Source: Balamuthia mandrillaris
Lineage: Eukaryota
Assembly: GCA_031835245.2 (NCBI GenBank)
Contig: JAVKOQ020000116.1
Location: 1 to 64,000 of the forward strand
Reading direction: 5' to 3'
DNA: 64,000 nt
Both the position numbers and the translations under genes were made by a program. Of this stretch, positions 10,807 to 23,469 are shown one piece after another. The notes beneath the pieces were generated by a model that saw only the letters and a program-made list of their open reading frames with translations, was not told where the DNA came from and did no database searches. The stretch's first letter is position 1. Every line of letters starts with the position of its first letter.

Positions 10807-11561
10807 GCATTTTCGCACCTCAATAACTTTGTTACAACTTCATGAAATACCAAACTGTTTGTTATAGCAAATACTTCAAGTGTTGTTCTTCCTTTGGATG
10901 TATCTATGTTTATGATATACCTTATACTTGTCCGGCAAAGGGTAGCCTTAAAACGAGGCCGATTCCCTAGACCTTGTTCTAGTATATTAAAGAGAGGTAT
11001 TTTGATTAATGATGGTGTTTAATGAAGGATTTTTCTTGGTTTATAGCTTTATATAAAGCTGCTTGAAATAGTATAGGATTATCATTCTCAGAGTAATCAA
11101 TATCATAAGAACCAATTTCAACTTGTTAGGCAATAACACCAAGTTGTTAGACTAGTAATACAAAAAAGAAAGAAAGTGAATAAGAACTCAACAAATATTA
11201 GTCTCTGTCTTTTATTATCTTTCTCTGTTCTCTTTTCTTTCTTTTTCTCTCAGAATAAGCAACAAGAGCACACCATATATTATTGCCAGCTTGCAGTCAT
11301 ATAACTTTGTAAGAGCAAGGTTTGCAAGCTCAGTAGGTAATTTAAGTACAATGTTTTACAAGTTATCTTTTTTTTCTCTTTTTTTCACTTTTGACTCTTT
11401 TTCTTGTTGACATGCTCCTTTTTCACCCTTCTAGATAACTGTGATATAGTGTAAGGAAAACCAAGTGTGAGGTTTGCTTAAGTTGGACAATTCATAAAGA
11501 TAATTGGCTTTTTGTAATTTTTTTTTGATTTACTTGTCTAAAGGAACAACACACCAAGAAC

Positions 11562-13598
11562 ATGCACACTCGTCTTTGCATCACCTTTGCTTTGCTTTGC
11601 TTTGTAGCATTTGTTGTAATGGAGTCAGCACACTCCAAGGTTTGTTGTTCGGGCTTCTACAAGGCAGCGTATAGAAGCACTGAGTTTTAACAAACAGCAG
11701 CTGGTGCAAGTTCAAGTTATCAGTCGTCATGGGGACAGGACGTCGCGTGCACAACTTCCAAACAACCCCGTGGTATGGCCTGAGGGAGAAGGACAACTCA
11801 CGGGCGAAGGCATGAGGCAAACTAATCAACTAGGTAAACTTTTACACAAAAGATACTCTGGCAAGCTTTTAAATCAGTCTTATGTTGCCAAGGTACTACT
11901 CTTCTTCACTTCTATTTGCTTGGTTTCACTACTATAAGGGATTTTGTTTGTCGCCAACGATTTTGGCTGGAAACAGGAGGCCTACTTTCGCTCCAGCGAC
12001 ATAGATCGCACTCTGATGAGCGCTGAGTGCATTTTGTTAGGCGTTTACCCACCAGGCACTGGTCCTTTTGTCAAAAACCAACCCGCTCTGCCATACGGGA
12101 TACAACCGGTCCCCATTCATACTATCCCACGGCCAGACGAGATCTATCTTTTGGGTGAGAATTACTGCCCAACGTACGTTCCACCACGTATCCTCCTCCT
12201 TTATGCTCTATTGTGCGTTTTCTCTGTTGACAACCTTTGTTTTGCTTGATATAAGTTACAATCAGAGACTACAGAAAGAGCATCAAACAAAGGAATGGCA
12301 AACATTGTTCAAAAATAACGCTGAGTTCTTGACGTATCTGTCCAAAATGACAGGTACGTCTCCACTTAAATGTTCAACAGCTTGCCCGTCTCCGACTGAT
12401 TCAAGTCAACACAACTTACCACACCAGGCGCTTCTGTTTCCCTACCAAAGTTCTACGGTACGTTGTTGCTCTTTGCTTTGCTGCAAGCTGTGGTGCTTTA
12501 ACATTACCCTCCACCCACTCCTCTGATTGCAGATATTTATGATGCGCTTTACGTGTTGAATGTTCATCACAAACTGACCCTCAACATCAGTGAAGAAACT
12601 TTGCAGAGAGTGGAAGATCTAGCCAATACAGTGGTTTGTTTTCCGTGTCCCTTTAAAACAATCTGCACAACTAGACTCACGTCAGTGCATCATACAGGAA
12701 TCTATCAACCATCGATGGGATGTGTTGGGTAACTTGGGAGCAAGCCCTCTTATCAACGAAACCCTTTATCATATGAACAAGGTGATATCTGGCGATGACG
12801 ATGCCAAGAAGTATATTCACTGGTCTGGTCACGATGTTACACTTATGAGTGTTGCCTCTGCATACCAACTTGATCGCTACTATAGCAAGTTCAACAGTAA
12901 ACTCTCTCTCTTCTTTGAGGTTGGTCTTGTTGTTAATTTTTCCTCTCTCTCTCTCTCTCTCTTGCTGCAGTTATTCCTACTTATGCGTCAGCTTTCGCGC
13001 TTGAGTTGTATCAAGAGGACGATGGCGAAAATCCAACCTACTCTGTTCGCCTTTTGTTTAAGCTTGGTAATGAAACTGATTTTACGCCTTATGTCATTCC
13101 TGGCTGCTCAGACACAATTTGCAATATGGACCTTTATACAAAGTACTCTCCTTCTTTGTTTGTCCTCTCTCTCTCTCTTTCTCTTTCTCTTTCTCTTTCT
13201 CTTTCTCTTTCTCTTTCTCTTTCTCTTTCTCTTTCTCTTTCTCTTTCTCTTTCTCTTTCTCTTTCTCTTTCTCTTTCTCTTTCTCTTTCTCTTTCTCTTT
13301 CTCTTTCTCTTTCTCTTTCTCTTTCTCTTTCTCTTTCTCTTTCTCTTTCTCTTTCTCTTTCTCTTTCTCTTTCTCTTGCTCTTGCTCTTGCTCTCTCTCT
13401 CCTCTCTCTCACACATGTGGCTCCTTTATCTGTTTCTGTAGAGCGGTTAAAACAAACGCTATTGTTGGCGACTCTATTCGGGATTGGTGCAAGGAATGTG
13501 GCAACTACTTCGCAGAGGCTTGCCGTTCCAACGACAGCCGCTCTTGGGCTTCCAGCACTCCCCCTCAAATCGGAGTGTTGGGCTCATTCAGGGAGTAA
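11562..13598 (+). CDS. Secreted/lysosomal histidine acid phosphatase (branch 2)
   Basis: Signal peptide MHTRLCITFALLCFVAFVV, RHGDRT motif, GQLT..G, RSSDIDRTLMSA and SGHD motif. Multiple introns. Confidence 0.9.
13174..13376. repeat. (CTCTTT)n hexamer array in an intron
   Basis: About 200 bp of near-perfect tandem array. Confidence 0.95.
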
Positions 13599-13799
13599 CT
13601 TTTCAGCATGAATACCAACAATGCCTCCTCTCTTTGGAACAACTTTTTGTCAAATAAGGAACAGAGAGCGCAGTTGTGGCAGTTTTTTTCAATAACTGAA
13701 GTCTGAGGCCATGACATATAGGCACAACGAGTAGGGCATGACGTGAGAGACCGTGATAGATGGAAGAGCATGCAAAACAACGAGTACAAAACTGAGCGA

Positions 13800-13835
<36 letters not shown>

Positions 13836-13954
13836 GCAAGAGTTAGTGAGAGAGAAATCAAAAGTAAACAAAACGAGAGAGAGAACTGAAGAGGCATCAG
13901 TTTTAATAATTATTGATAAAATGCAAAAATAATTTACACACAAGCGCCCTTTGA

Positions 13955-16063
13955 ATGAAGTTCTACAAACTTGTGTGCAGGGCAGCAGTGCTCCTGATAG
14001 TAGTCGCACTGTTAGGCCCGGCGACCTTTATCTACCTTCACCATGACCAGGCAAACTTACAAATCCAGAGAGTTGCCCCGTCAACAGGCGGTACTGAGAT
14101 ATCTGCCTTCCGTTCTTGTGAAGGAATAAAGGAAAAGCACACAGGCGACCCACCACATCTCCGTACCCCTTTATTATCACCACAGTTGTTGACTGCACTC
14201 CTTGATACAGATGAACCTACTTTAGTTAAGACGTTGCTCGATCCGGTTGCATCTCAACTAGTGACACTGGTCTGGACGTCACGTGAGAAGTTCTCACACG
14301 CAAAGACAGTCTTCGAAGACTGGTGGAACAAAGATTCGACAGGCATACGCAGCGTGTTCGTCCTCAATGGCCTTGAACCTCCTGACTTGGTGACGTGGCT
14401 GCGAGAGCAGGAGAGGACTGTTGGAAAACATCGCCTTACAGTTATGGAAGACACGAGTTTGCTTCCACCCTTTGCGGCAATCAACGTGGGCCTGGAGCAA
14501 GTAACCACCCCTTATGTCATTTGCATGAACACCGATAACTTTTTGGAAGATCTTGCCATCCATTACCTTTTGCGGCGAGCACTGCTGAGCCCTGATGCCG
14601 GAGCCATCAATCCGTTCATTTGGGAGGTACACCATGACGTAGAGCAACTCCGTATGCATCACACCTACGAGCTTCTGGTAGCCACCAAAACTCCAGCTCA
14701 CTCCCGCATGGTGCCCCGCTACATCCACCTGCCAAGAGATATCGTCACTATCCCTTATCAGCAACACGCCAACTTGGGTAGCCTAACCAGGAAGTATGCG
14801 CCGACACAGCTACAAACTGCAATGGGAGTGGAGTTTCATTGTGCTCTATTCGAGACAGCTATCGCTAAACATCCCTACAAGCTTTTGGACACTTATACTA
14901 CAGAAAACCCACTAAATGCTGCGTTTGTGCTGGCAGAGCTGAATAGGCACATTCTCGTTGAACCTCAGGCAATCATTCGATTTGTTTTTCCGACGGATGG
15001 AAAGTTATTTAAACAGGAAGATGTATTTATGATGGCGTGGGCTTGGAGTGCTGAAATGGGTTTCATCAACAAGCAAGTACTCACTTCTATTTCTCGCTCT
15101 AGATCCCTTTCTCACCATACCCAAACATTTGGCTTTTCTCTGTGCAGCTGTTATGCTGAGTCCAAGTTTGGGCATTTGACTGAGGATGACCGTCTTACTT
15201 TCTGGATGTATATGTCTGGAGTTCGCATGAGAGGATCCTCTTTCGGAATGGGCACCCCTACCCCTTTGAACCCCGACCCGAACTTGCAAACGCAGCTAAT
15301 CATCGGCATGTTCCTTATTATTGGTGCCAATCGCTTCCGCCTGATGGACCAACAACATAACAACCCACAGAACCTCGCCTCAGAGTGGATGGGACCGCGA
15401 CAGGTATATGCCCAAGTTATGCAGGACACCAATGAAGGTAAATCCACCCTCTTTCGTTTGGCTTTTACACAGTTGGAGGAATTGCCTTTACCTCGTTGGG
15501 AAGGACCGTTGCTTCAAAAGTGGATGGAGAGGGTAGCAATCCACGAAAGCCAAGACAAAGCTTCACACCAAGGTTTTGTTATGCAAAAGGAATCTCGTTC
15601 CAAGGTGGATGGTTACGATTGTGGACATCAGGTCTATCGTCAATATCACCTGTTGAGAATGGACTTTGTGGGAGAGAAGGACGTTGAAACATGTGTCTCT
15701 GCGCTACCCTCCCAATTGGTGAACGAAGCCTTTATCATTCTTTCCCGATCAAGTGGGCAAGGAAGCGAGTTTGATATCATGGAGTTGTGGTTTGAGTTCC
15801 CCGACCACCAAGCGGCAGACAAGTTCCGAGAAGAGGCCCTCCCCGCAAAACTAAAAGCTGGAGGTGAGCCATGCAGCTTTGTACAGATTGAAGAACAGCC
15901 AAAATCGATCGTATTACCTCGGCCAGGCAACAACGTGCGGTTGTTGCGGTGGAAACACGATATTGATTACCGCAACTACGATGAACAACTCGCTAAACAC
16001 ATCATCCCGCTTCATCCTCATGAAAGCAAGCGAGCCAAGTTGCACTCCAAGAAAACCAATTAA
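13955..16063 (+). CDS. Type II membrane protein, glycosyltransferase family 2-like
   Basis: N-terminal TM anchor. AINVGLEQVTTPYVICMNTD resembles the GT-A 'A.N.G......pyv.flD.D' segment. Probable small in-frame intron near 15077-15147. Confidence 0.55.
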   Translation: MKFYKLVCRAAVLLIVVALLGPATFIYLHHDQANLQIQRVAPSTGGTEISAFRSCEGIKEKHTGDPPHLRTPLLSPQLLTALLDTDEPTLVKTLLDPVASQLVTLVWTSREKFSHAKTVFEDWWNKDSTGIRSVFVLNGLEPPDLVTWLREQERTVGKHRLTVMEDTSLLPPFAAINVGLEQVTTPYVICMNTDNFLEDLAIHYLLRRALLSPDAGAINPFIWEVHHDVEQLRMHHTYELLVATKTPAHSRMVPRYIHLPRDIVTIPYQQHANLGSLTRKYAPTQLQTAMGVEFHCALFETAIAKHPYKLLDTYTTENPLNAAFVLAELNRHILVEPQAIIRFVFPTDGKLFKQEDVFMMAWAWSAEMGFINKQVLTSISRSRSLSHHTQTFGFSLCSCYAESKFGHLTEDDRLTFWMYMSGVRMRGSSFGMGTPTPLNPDPNLQTQLIIGMFLIIGANRFRLMDQQHNNPQNLASEWMGPRQVYAQVMQDTNEGKSTLFRLAFTQLEELPLPRWEGPLLQKWMERVAIHESQDKASHQGFVMQKESRSKVDGYDCGHQVYRQYHLLRMDFVGEKDVETCVSALPSQLVNEAFIILSRSSGQGSEFDIMELWFEFPDHQAADKFREEALPAKLKAGGEPCSFVQIEEQPKSIVLPRPGNNVRLLRWKHDIDYRNYDEQLAKHIIPLHPHESKRAKLHSKKTN

Positions 16064-16390
16064 ATCTTTTTTTAAATAATCATACGCTTTCGACTTGAAT
16101 AAGAGGATTGCGTATGTCATCAAAATACCTCTCATTACTCGACCATTGTCTCACAGGTGTCCTCTACAGATTTGGTCAACAAATAGAATCAATAAAGAGC
16201 AAGTGTTTGTACCTGCCGTAGCCCTCTTTCCCAAACGACAGCATCGCTTCTGTCGATTCAATTCACTTAAGTCGGTGAATGTAAAGTGCAGACAGCATAA
16301 CGGTTGGCAGTGCAAGAAAGAACTTGCTCTGGTTGAGGTGCTATCCAAGGAACAGGCATTGGAGACACATTTTGCACTTCTCCAAGGCGC

Positions 16391-17937
16391 TTAAGCGTTC
16401 TTTTTATTTTTCTGTGAGGAAGAGGCATCATTTGCATCCGCCACAATTTCAAAGGTTATGCCCGCCTGTTGCAGACGCTCTACAAGGAGGGAGCCCATGC
16501 TGGTAGCCGGAGTCAACACGCCTCCCTTTGATGGAAGGGAATCCTGCTGATAAACAAGGCAGAGAGCAGCCTCAGAGAGCATCTTGGCCGTTTCAAGGTA
16601 ACCAGGGTCTCCACCTTTAACCACTGCCACTAACTTCTCTCCATCCGTTGTTCTTCCAACAAGCGTGAAATGGAAGAAAGACTTGCGCATCTGTTCGCGT
16701 GAAGGCCCAGTACCTGGTGCTGGCAGTACAAACTTCTTCAACAAGCCACGAGTAAAAGACACATGGAGGGCGATGAGGCCCAGCACCATTATGCACCAAG
16801 TGAAGATGGCTGCAAGGAAGGAATTGCTAACAGCAGTTTCACGGTAGTGGAAGTTATGGCCGTAGGCATCGTTCATCAACGCGTTGGAACGGCGCACAAC
16901 TCTTGTGTTTACAGCCGCCATTACGAAAGGAATCGTCCACCTGCTGTATGCCACAAGAAGAAGAGGGTCATTTACCTCTCTGAGGCATTTGCTAAATATA
17001 GACAAGAAATAGGATACCCAATGTCTTTGCTGTAGGCTGGCAGCGCCTGATCCTTATCAACACTGGTCGCTACTTTACCTTCTCCAGAGGGGTTGAGGAA
17101 GAAAGGATCCCTCATATTGGTATGGTCCTTGCTCTTGATCTTTTTCCTCATGCTCTTCCCTTCCTCGATGATGGTAATCAGCGAAGCGGCCGTTCCACCG
17201 CTAAATCCTCCTTTCAGTCTGACATAACTCGTCACGTTGCTGCACTCCTTGCGGTACTTCTTCCTCATTTGCTCTACAAGAAAGAATGTCCCGAGATCAC
17301 TATAGCCAAAATGTAGTTGTCAGGCCCTCTTCGTACGTGTTCGAGACAACAAACACAAAGAAAGCAAACAATCTAACCTGGGAATGGAGTCAAAGCCACA
17401 AGTGTGCACAATGTGAACACCCTTCTGTCTGGCTTGGGAATGGTACTCATCGATGGTGGTCCTCATCCAGGGCGACTCGCCAGTGATGTCACAGTAGTGC
17501 ACCCCATGTCTTACGCAGGCATCCACCAGCGTGGTACCAAAACGACCAAAGGGTCCGGCTGTAGTGAGAATGACCTTGGTCTGTTGGACCACTCGATCCA
17601 TGGATGCTTGGTCGGTGGCGTCGCCTTGCACTATCCCGAGCGTCTTCTCGAGGTTCTGGTTCAAGGCGACCGCTCGGCGCTTCACCTCTTTCAGTTTATC
17701 TTCATTGCGGCCGCCGAGAGCCCATCTGAGGTCAGCAGGGGCGTGCTCTGCCAAATACTCAGCCACCAAAGTGCCTATTCCCCAAGTAAAAAAAAAAGTA
17801 GTTGGTTTGTGTTATTAATCAGAAAAAAAGAAAATAATCAAAGTTTTGGTTTTTTGAAAAAAAAAAAACAAGATACCGGTGAAACCAGTAGCGCCCCACA
17901 CAATCAAATCGAACTTGGCTGCTGCGTTGGTCGCCAT
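16391..17937 (-). CDS. SCCPDH: Saccharopine dehydrogenase-like oxidoreductase
   Basis: DLIVWGATGFTG, WALGGRN..KL, TAGPF, HYCDITGE, CGFDSIP, GDPGYLETAKMLSE and GGVLTPA motifs. Confidence 0.9.
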
Positions 17938-18109
17938 CCTTGTTTTGCTGCGTCGCTACTGCAAAACCTTTGCTACGCCTTTTTAGTATATACGTCTTGC
18001 TGGTACTTATTTTTTTTTCTTATTTGGTTGCGGATGACCTTTCGCAAGAAATTTCGACACACGTGTACCGGAGAGGAATGTCAGGAATGCGACAAAAAAA
18101 CCCAATCAA

Positions 18110-18200
<91 letters not shown>

Positions 18201-18206
18201 GTTCAT

Positions 18207-21200
18207 TCAAAGCAATGCTGATTCTTTATCTTTGTCTTTGCTGCCTTTGCGTTTCCTGCTGGCGGTGAGCTTGGCGCCAGATAGCTTGTTCAGGCTTTTA
18301 CGCATGTGCCCAGCAGCGGCAGAAGCGATGGTCATCTCCTTCTCTTCGTCTTTGTTATTGTGCGCCAGGTTGGCGGTGCTGCTGGTGCCGGAGAAAAGGG
18401 TCTTTGAGATGCTGCTCCGTAGTTTCTGTTCGTCTTTGGAGCGGTTGGCGTGCTTGTGGGCGGCTTTGTCTTCCTTTCTGGTCGGTGAGTGAGGGGGAGT
18501 GGCGGGGTCTTTGCGAGGACTTAGGGATGGATCCAAAGAGAACTTTCGTAGTTTGAGGACTGTACTGTGAGAAAGTGATCTTCTGTGAGCGGCTGGGCTT
18601 CGTGTTTTTTCTTCACAAAAATGTATTACAGTGAGAACGATTGAAGGAAGGAAGGAAGGAAGGAAGGAAGGAAGGAGATGAATCAAGAAGCAAGGCGTAC
18701 TTTTGGGCTCTTTGATATCTTCGATGATTGGCAGCGAAGCGGAAGCAGGCGGCAGAGGCGATAGAGGAGGAGAAAGAGTGAGCAAAGAAGAGGGCTGGTA
18801 GAGATTGGACAGGGATCCAGGCGCAGCGAGAGAGAGGGATTTGTTGGGTTGCTCCAAGTTTTTGATGGCTTTTCTGAGGTGATTCACCCAAGTGCGTCGT
18901 TCTTCTGAAGAGGAGGCACTCAACGTTAACGTTTGTTCTTGGGTCTCCAACGTGAACGCGTGTTTTCTTTCTGGGATGCCCAATGAACGTTATTCAAGTT
19001 CAAATATTATATAATTGTGACACTTGGTACCTTCGTTGTCAGATAGCGGTTGACACTTGGAATCTTCTTGTAATGCAAACACCTTCTTCAGCTTCAACTT
19101 GCGAGAGGTGAGGAGGAGGTGATGAGACAAAAGGATCCCCACGCAGCTCTTCTTGGTTTCTTTGATTTCTGTTATGTCCGACTTGAAGATGAACTGGTAA
19201 TGGCCGGGTGTGCGCAGTTTCTGTTCGACATGCAGGAATGGCGTGAGTGCTTTGACAAGAGGGCCAGAAGGAAGGAGAGGGGAAGGGGGGAGAGGGGGGA
19301 GAGAGACCATAAGAGTGAACGAATCGCCAGATATCTGGTCCATCACCTCTAAAAAGCGCTTGCGCTTATCAGCCAAAACAGTCTGTTCATTTATCCATTC
19401 AATTAAAGCCTTCATTTGCTTGATTGCTTTTTGAAGGTTGCTGTAATCGACCTGTAGAGAATGAGAGTTTAGAGTTATTCTCTGTCCATCCATTCATCTT
19501 CCTTTGTTCCTTCTCTGTGCATGTAGCTCTTCAGCAACACATTGTTGCTATACAAGCATGAAAGCGTCCATGCTTTCTTATTCGCAGAAGATAGCACGTT
19601 GTTTGTGTGGCCGTGTTTGAAAAATACGAAATGAATATAAATGAACTACGTACATGTGTTTCTGGAGTCAACTTGAATAGATTTTCAAGCAAAAGCTGAT
19701 ATCTCGGCAGCCGTTGAACTGTCATATAGGAAATGTGTTAAGCTGAAGCACAGAACATAACGAAATAAAGATAAGGCTTGCACACCTGGTGCTATGAGAA
19801 ACTGGGGCAAATCATCCATTCGTTTGCTCGCTGCCTGACAACGCTGGAGGAAAGCTGCAAACGGTTTGCTCTTCTTGCAACGATCAAATGTTTGGCTGGA
19901 GGTGTCAAAGTTTAGATAATACTTGACATACATTCTCATCAAAGGTAACTATTGCAGGACATAGGATTTGATGCGGTAAGAAGTTTGTGACTATTAAAAT
20001 GCTGTTTTGGATGGAGGGTGTGAAAACGCACCATCGTGACAAACACATCGCCAACCGTGGTGATGGCGGGCCACCCGCTCATTCGTTCTTCTAATTGTGC
20101 CAAAAGCTCCTTGTTTATGTGAGCTAAACTTTCCCAGTTTCCGAAGATGGCTGCCACATCGTACAGCGTCACGCATGCACCTTCGCTCAGCGACAGCGCT
20201 CGCATTGGCTCCATGTAACACTGTAAGAGAAAACAATTCGTTACGCACTGGTCGTTAGATTTTTCTTCTTTTTTCTTTTTTTTTTTTTTCATTTGAAGCA
20301 AACGGAGAAGGAGGAGGAGAGCAACTCGAACTTACCTTCAACACCATCTCCATCATTTCAACATAGTCTTTGAAGAGGATTTAAGTAAGAGGGTACAAAG
20401 AAAAGCAGCAAAAAAAAAACTCGTACCGCGTTCTTTATGAAGAATCTCAAAGTACACCATGTTACGTTGCTTTCCTGGCACACTCTCTTCTGAGGCAATG
20501 TACTGTTGGACTAACATAAGAAACAATCAGATCAGTTAAATGGAGAGAGCTGGTGGTAAAGCGCTCCCTAAATTACCCAGCGCATAAAGAAGGCAAGATT
20601 TTCTCCGTTGTCTCCACCGCCTCTGCAAGATCTTGGCTGCTTCATCAGATGAGAGAGCGCGCGACCTGCGAGAAATATCCAGCGAAGTCGATGAAGAGTT
20701 GAGTTGACTGCCCTTCTCAAAGGTTTTTATCTCGGACAGAATTTTCGAGCGGGTGAAATATAGCTCAGCTTTGGAAAGTTCGGTAATGTCCTTCTTTGTG
20801 CTCTTTGAATGGTTTTGAGCGGCCTCTGCATAGTCTTGTCGGATGCAATCGTGGCTGCTATTCTTGTCTTTGTTGCGGATCAGAGAATACAAATTGGAAC
20901 CGCTTTTCCTCTTCTTGCTGCTTCCTTGTTCTTCCTCCATCAGTTCATGCACGGAATGTCGCGGCGATACAGCCAAATGCAGACCAGCCAAGCTGCTCTC
21001 ACATTCTCCGCCTGCTCCTTTATCAGTGCTCTTCTTCGTCACTGCATTATTATTGTTGTTGATAGTGTTATTGCCTCCTTCCGTTTCGCCTAACGACTTG
21101 GCACGAGTTCGCAGGCGTACCGAAGAGCCAGTCAACTGCTCTCTGGTTTCCTGCATGATCTCCATGCGAGCAGAAGCGCTCAGCCTGGAGAAGGACTGGA

Positions 21201-22125
21201 ACTTGAGTAACCGCTCCGTCTTGCCTTGTTTGGCCAGCTCTCTTTCCTTCTTCAGCTCTTCCAACTGTCGTTCGCTCTCCCACTCCTCCTTCATTTCCTG
21301 CCACCGCCTCAAACTCTTGCTCCAGTCCTCAAGGCGATGTCTCTCCTTCAGCAGCTCTTTCTTCTCCACTAACAGTTGTTGTTTTTGCTTCTCCAACTTC
21401 CGCTCCCTCTGCAGCAGACCTTTGGCCACGTCTCTCATCTTGGCAACCAGTTCTTTGTGGCTGCGTTGCAGCTCTTTCTCCTTCTCTTCCAGTCTTCTTT
21501 GCCGTGCGGAGAGGCTCTCCTCAGCAAGACCTCCCCGTTGCTGGCTCTCTTCACCCTCTTTCGATAGTTTGGCGAAAGTGATGCTACTCAATTTCGCTTC
21601 TTCCTGTTTTAACTGCTCTGCCAAACTGGCTTCCTCCTCCCCGTCCTCCTCCTCTTCACTCGACTCTTCGCTCGCCTCGGATGAATCGGTGTCCACTTCT
21701 TCATCATCGTCATCGTCGTCGTCGTCGTCGTGCTCTTCTTCTGCATCCTCTGCGCATTCCTCTGCTTCCTTGCTTGCTTCGCCTGCTTTCCTTGTTACCT
21801 CCTCTTGGGCTCGCTTCTTGTTTGTTCCTTCTTCTCCTCCTCCTGCTCCCTCTTCCTCTTTTGCCGCATTGTTCTGCCGTGCGTGATGGCGCATCTCCTT
21901 CTTGCACTGGTCCAACTTGCGAACGAGCGTCTTCCCTTCCTCCACCAGCCGCCGCATCTCCTTTTCCAGCGGCTCTTTGCCGGCGCCAGACCCGACCAGC
22001 CGAAGCCGTAACGCCTTGGCCCTCTGCTCGTACTCCGCCTTTTGTCGGGTCAGCTCCTCGTACTCCCTTTGTTTGGCCTGCTGCATAGTGGCCCAGGCTT
22101 TCCGCTGCGCACCAGCAGTTGCCAT
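18207..22125 (-). CDS. RhoGEF (DH-PH) with N-terminal coiled coil and IQ-like motif
   Basis: DH motifs AIFGNWESL..IN, QFLIAPVQRLPRYQLLLENL..T and INE. PH C-terminal helix SASSSEERRTWVNHL. AAKILQRRWR IQ-like motif. Confidence 0.88.
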
Positions 22126-22314
22126 TTCTTTTTTGTTTTTTTTTTAAACCCTTGGGGTTGTGGAGCTGCTTTTTTTCTTCTGTGTGGCTTTAAACGTTTC
22201 CGTAATTCATTGTTATTCTAAGGTTTTAGTGTAACGTGAGATTAGGATACCTTAAAAATCCGTTCATTCATTAATTTTCACCGATTTGTCGACAGTAAAA
22301 GCGGCTGGTACGAT

Positions 22315-23361
22315 ATGGCAAAGGATAAGCCAACGGGGTGGAACTTTTTGGCGTATGTTCCAATTTCTTGGAAAGTTTTTTTTGGTCGACACCAAATGAT
22401 TTGTTGGCGAAAAAAACAACAAAGAAAGAGAAAGAGAAGACAGACATTTGGTGGCCGGCTTTTTCTTCTCTCTCGTTTACGAGGTGCCTCAAAGGCAACA
22501 AGTACGGACTATACGGGAAACGTTTGCCAGCGCGATGGAAGACGTACAACACATTCTTGAACTGTTGCAATCCGGCGCAATGGGCTTCAACCTCAGCGGG
22601 TTCGTCAGCTTTTTTTTTTTTTGTCCCATTCAGCTCCCTCTCATCCTCCTTCTGACGCGTTCTCTCATCCTCTAAAAAACGCAGCGATGGCGGCAACCCA
22701 CCTGCTTCACAGCTGTCCATCAGCGAGTTGCCGGACGTGGTCATAGAGGACAAGCACGTCCATCGCGGCTTAGACTGCACTGTTTGTGGCAACGGTAGGT
22801 TACCACGCTCATCATTTCTCTACTACCAGCTCCTCTAACTGGACACACTCTTTTGCTGCAGCGTTCAAGCATAAAGAAGACGCCAAACAAATGCCATGTA
22901 AACACATTTTTCACGATATGTGCCTCTTGCCATGGCTCTCTCGGGTAACCGTTCTTTTCTTTGCTGCTTGCTTCTTCTTCTTGTTCTTGTTCTTCTTGTT
23001 CTTCTTCTTGTTCTTCTTCTTCTCTCTGCCTTCCTTCTTCTTCTCTTCTTGCATCTTGCTTCTTCGTTCATCCTGCTTTTTTTTTCTTTCGTTCCTTTCT
23101 TTTCTTCTTCCTTCTTGGTCTTCTATCTGTTTCTCATTTTGAACACCCCAACGAAAACAACAGAGGAACACATGCCCAACATGTAGATACGAATTACCAA
23201 CCTTGGATGAAGACTACGAAGCGCGGAAGAGAATACAACGAAAGGCACAAGAACGAGGACAGCAATCCCCAACGGTTGAGGACTACGAAGAAGAGCATTA
23301 CCACGATCGGCGGAACGAACAAGACAGCAACTCTACATATGTTTCTTCCATGTACCTGTAA
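22315..23361 (+). CDS. RING-H2 E3 ubiquitin ligase (RNF115/126/181-like); start uncertain
   Basis: Spliced PPAS...CTVC...MPCKHIFHDMCLLPWL..NTCPTCRYELPT; C-terminus SSMYL. Confidence 0.85.
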
Positions 23362-23469
23362 ACAAAGAGAGGAGAAAATGGTTGGCTAAAATCTTTTGTA
23401 TCAAACATTACCACATTTTCTACACCAGTTTTTGTTGTATACTTTCTTCTTTCTTTCTTTCTTTTGTTC

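Larger units (their letters stand above)
1..10810 (+). mobile_element. Putative tyrosine-recombinase (Crypton/Starship-like) mobile element; left end outside the window, right end uncertain (about 9.8, 10.8 or 11.5 kb)
   Basis: Contains a tyrosine recombinase-Myb gene, a chromodomain remnant and a large unknown gene. Intron microsatellites here are (TTTG)n, (TATC)n and (GGAT)n, unlike the mainly (CT/AG)n introns downstream. An AT-rich tract separates it from host genes. No RT/RNase H seen in the window. Boundaries are not demonstrated. Confidence 0.5.
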
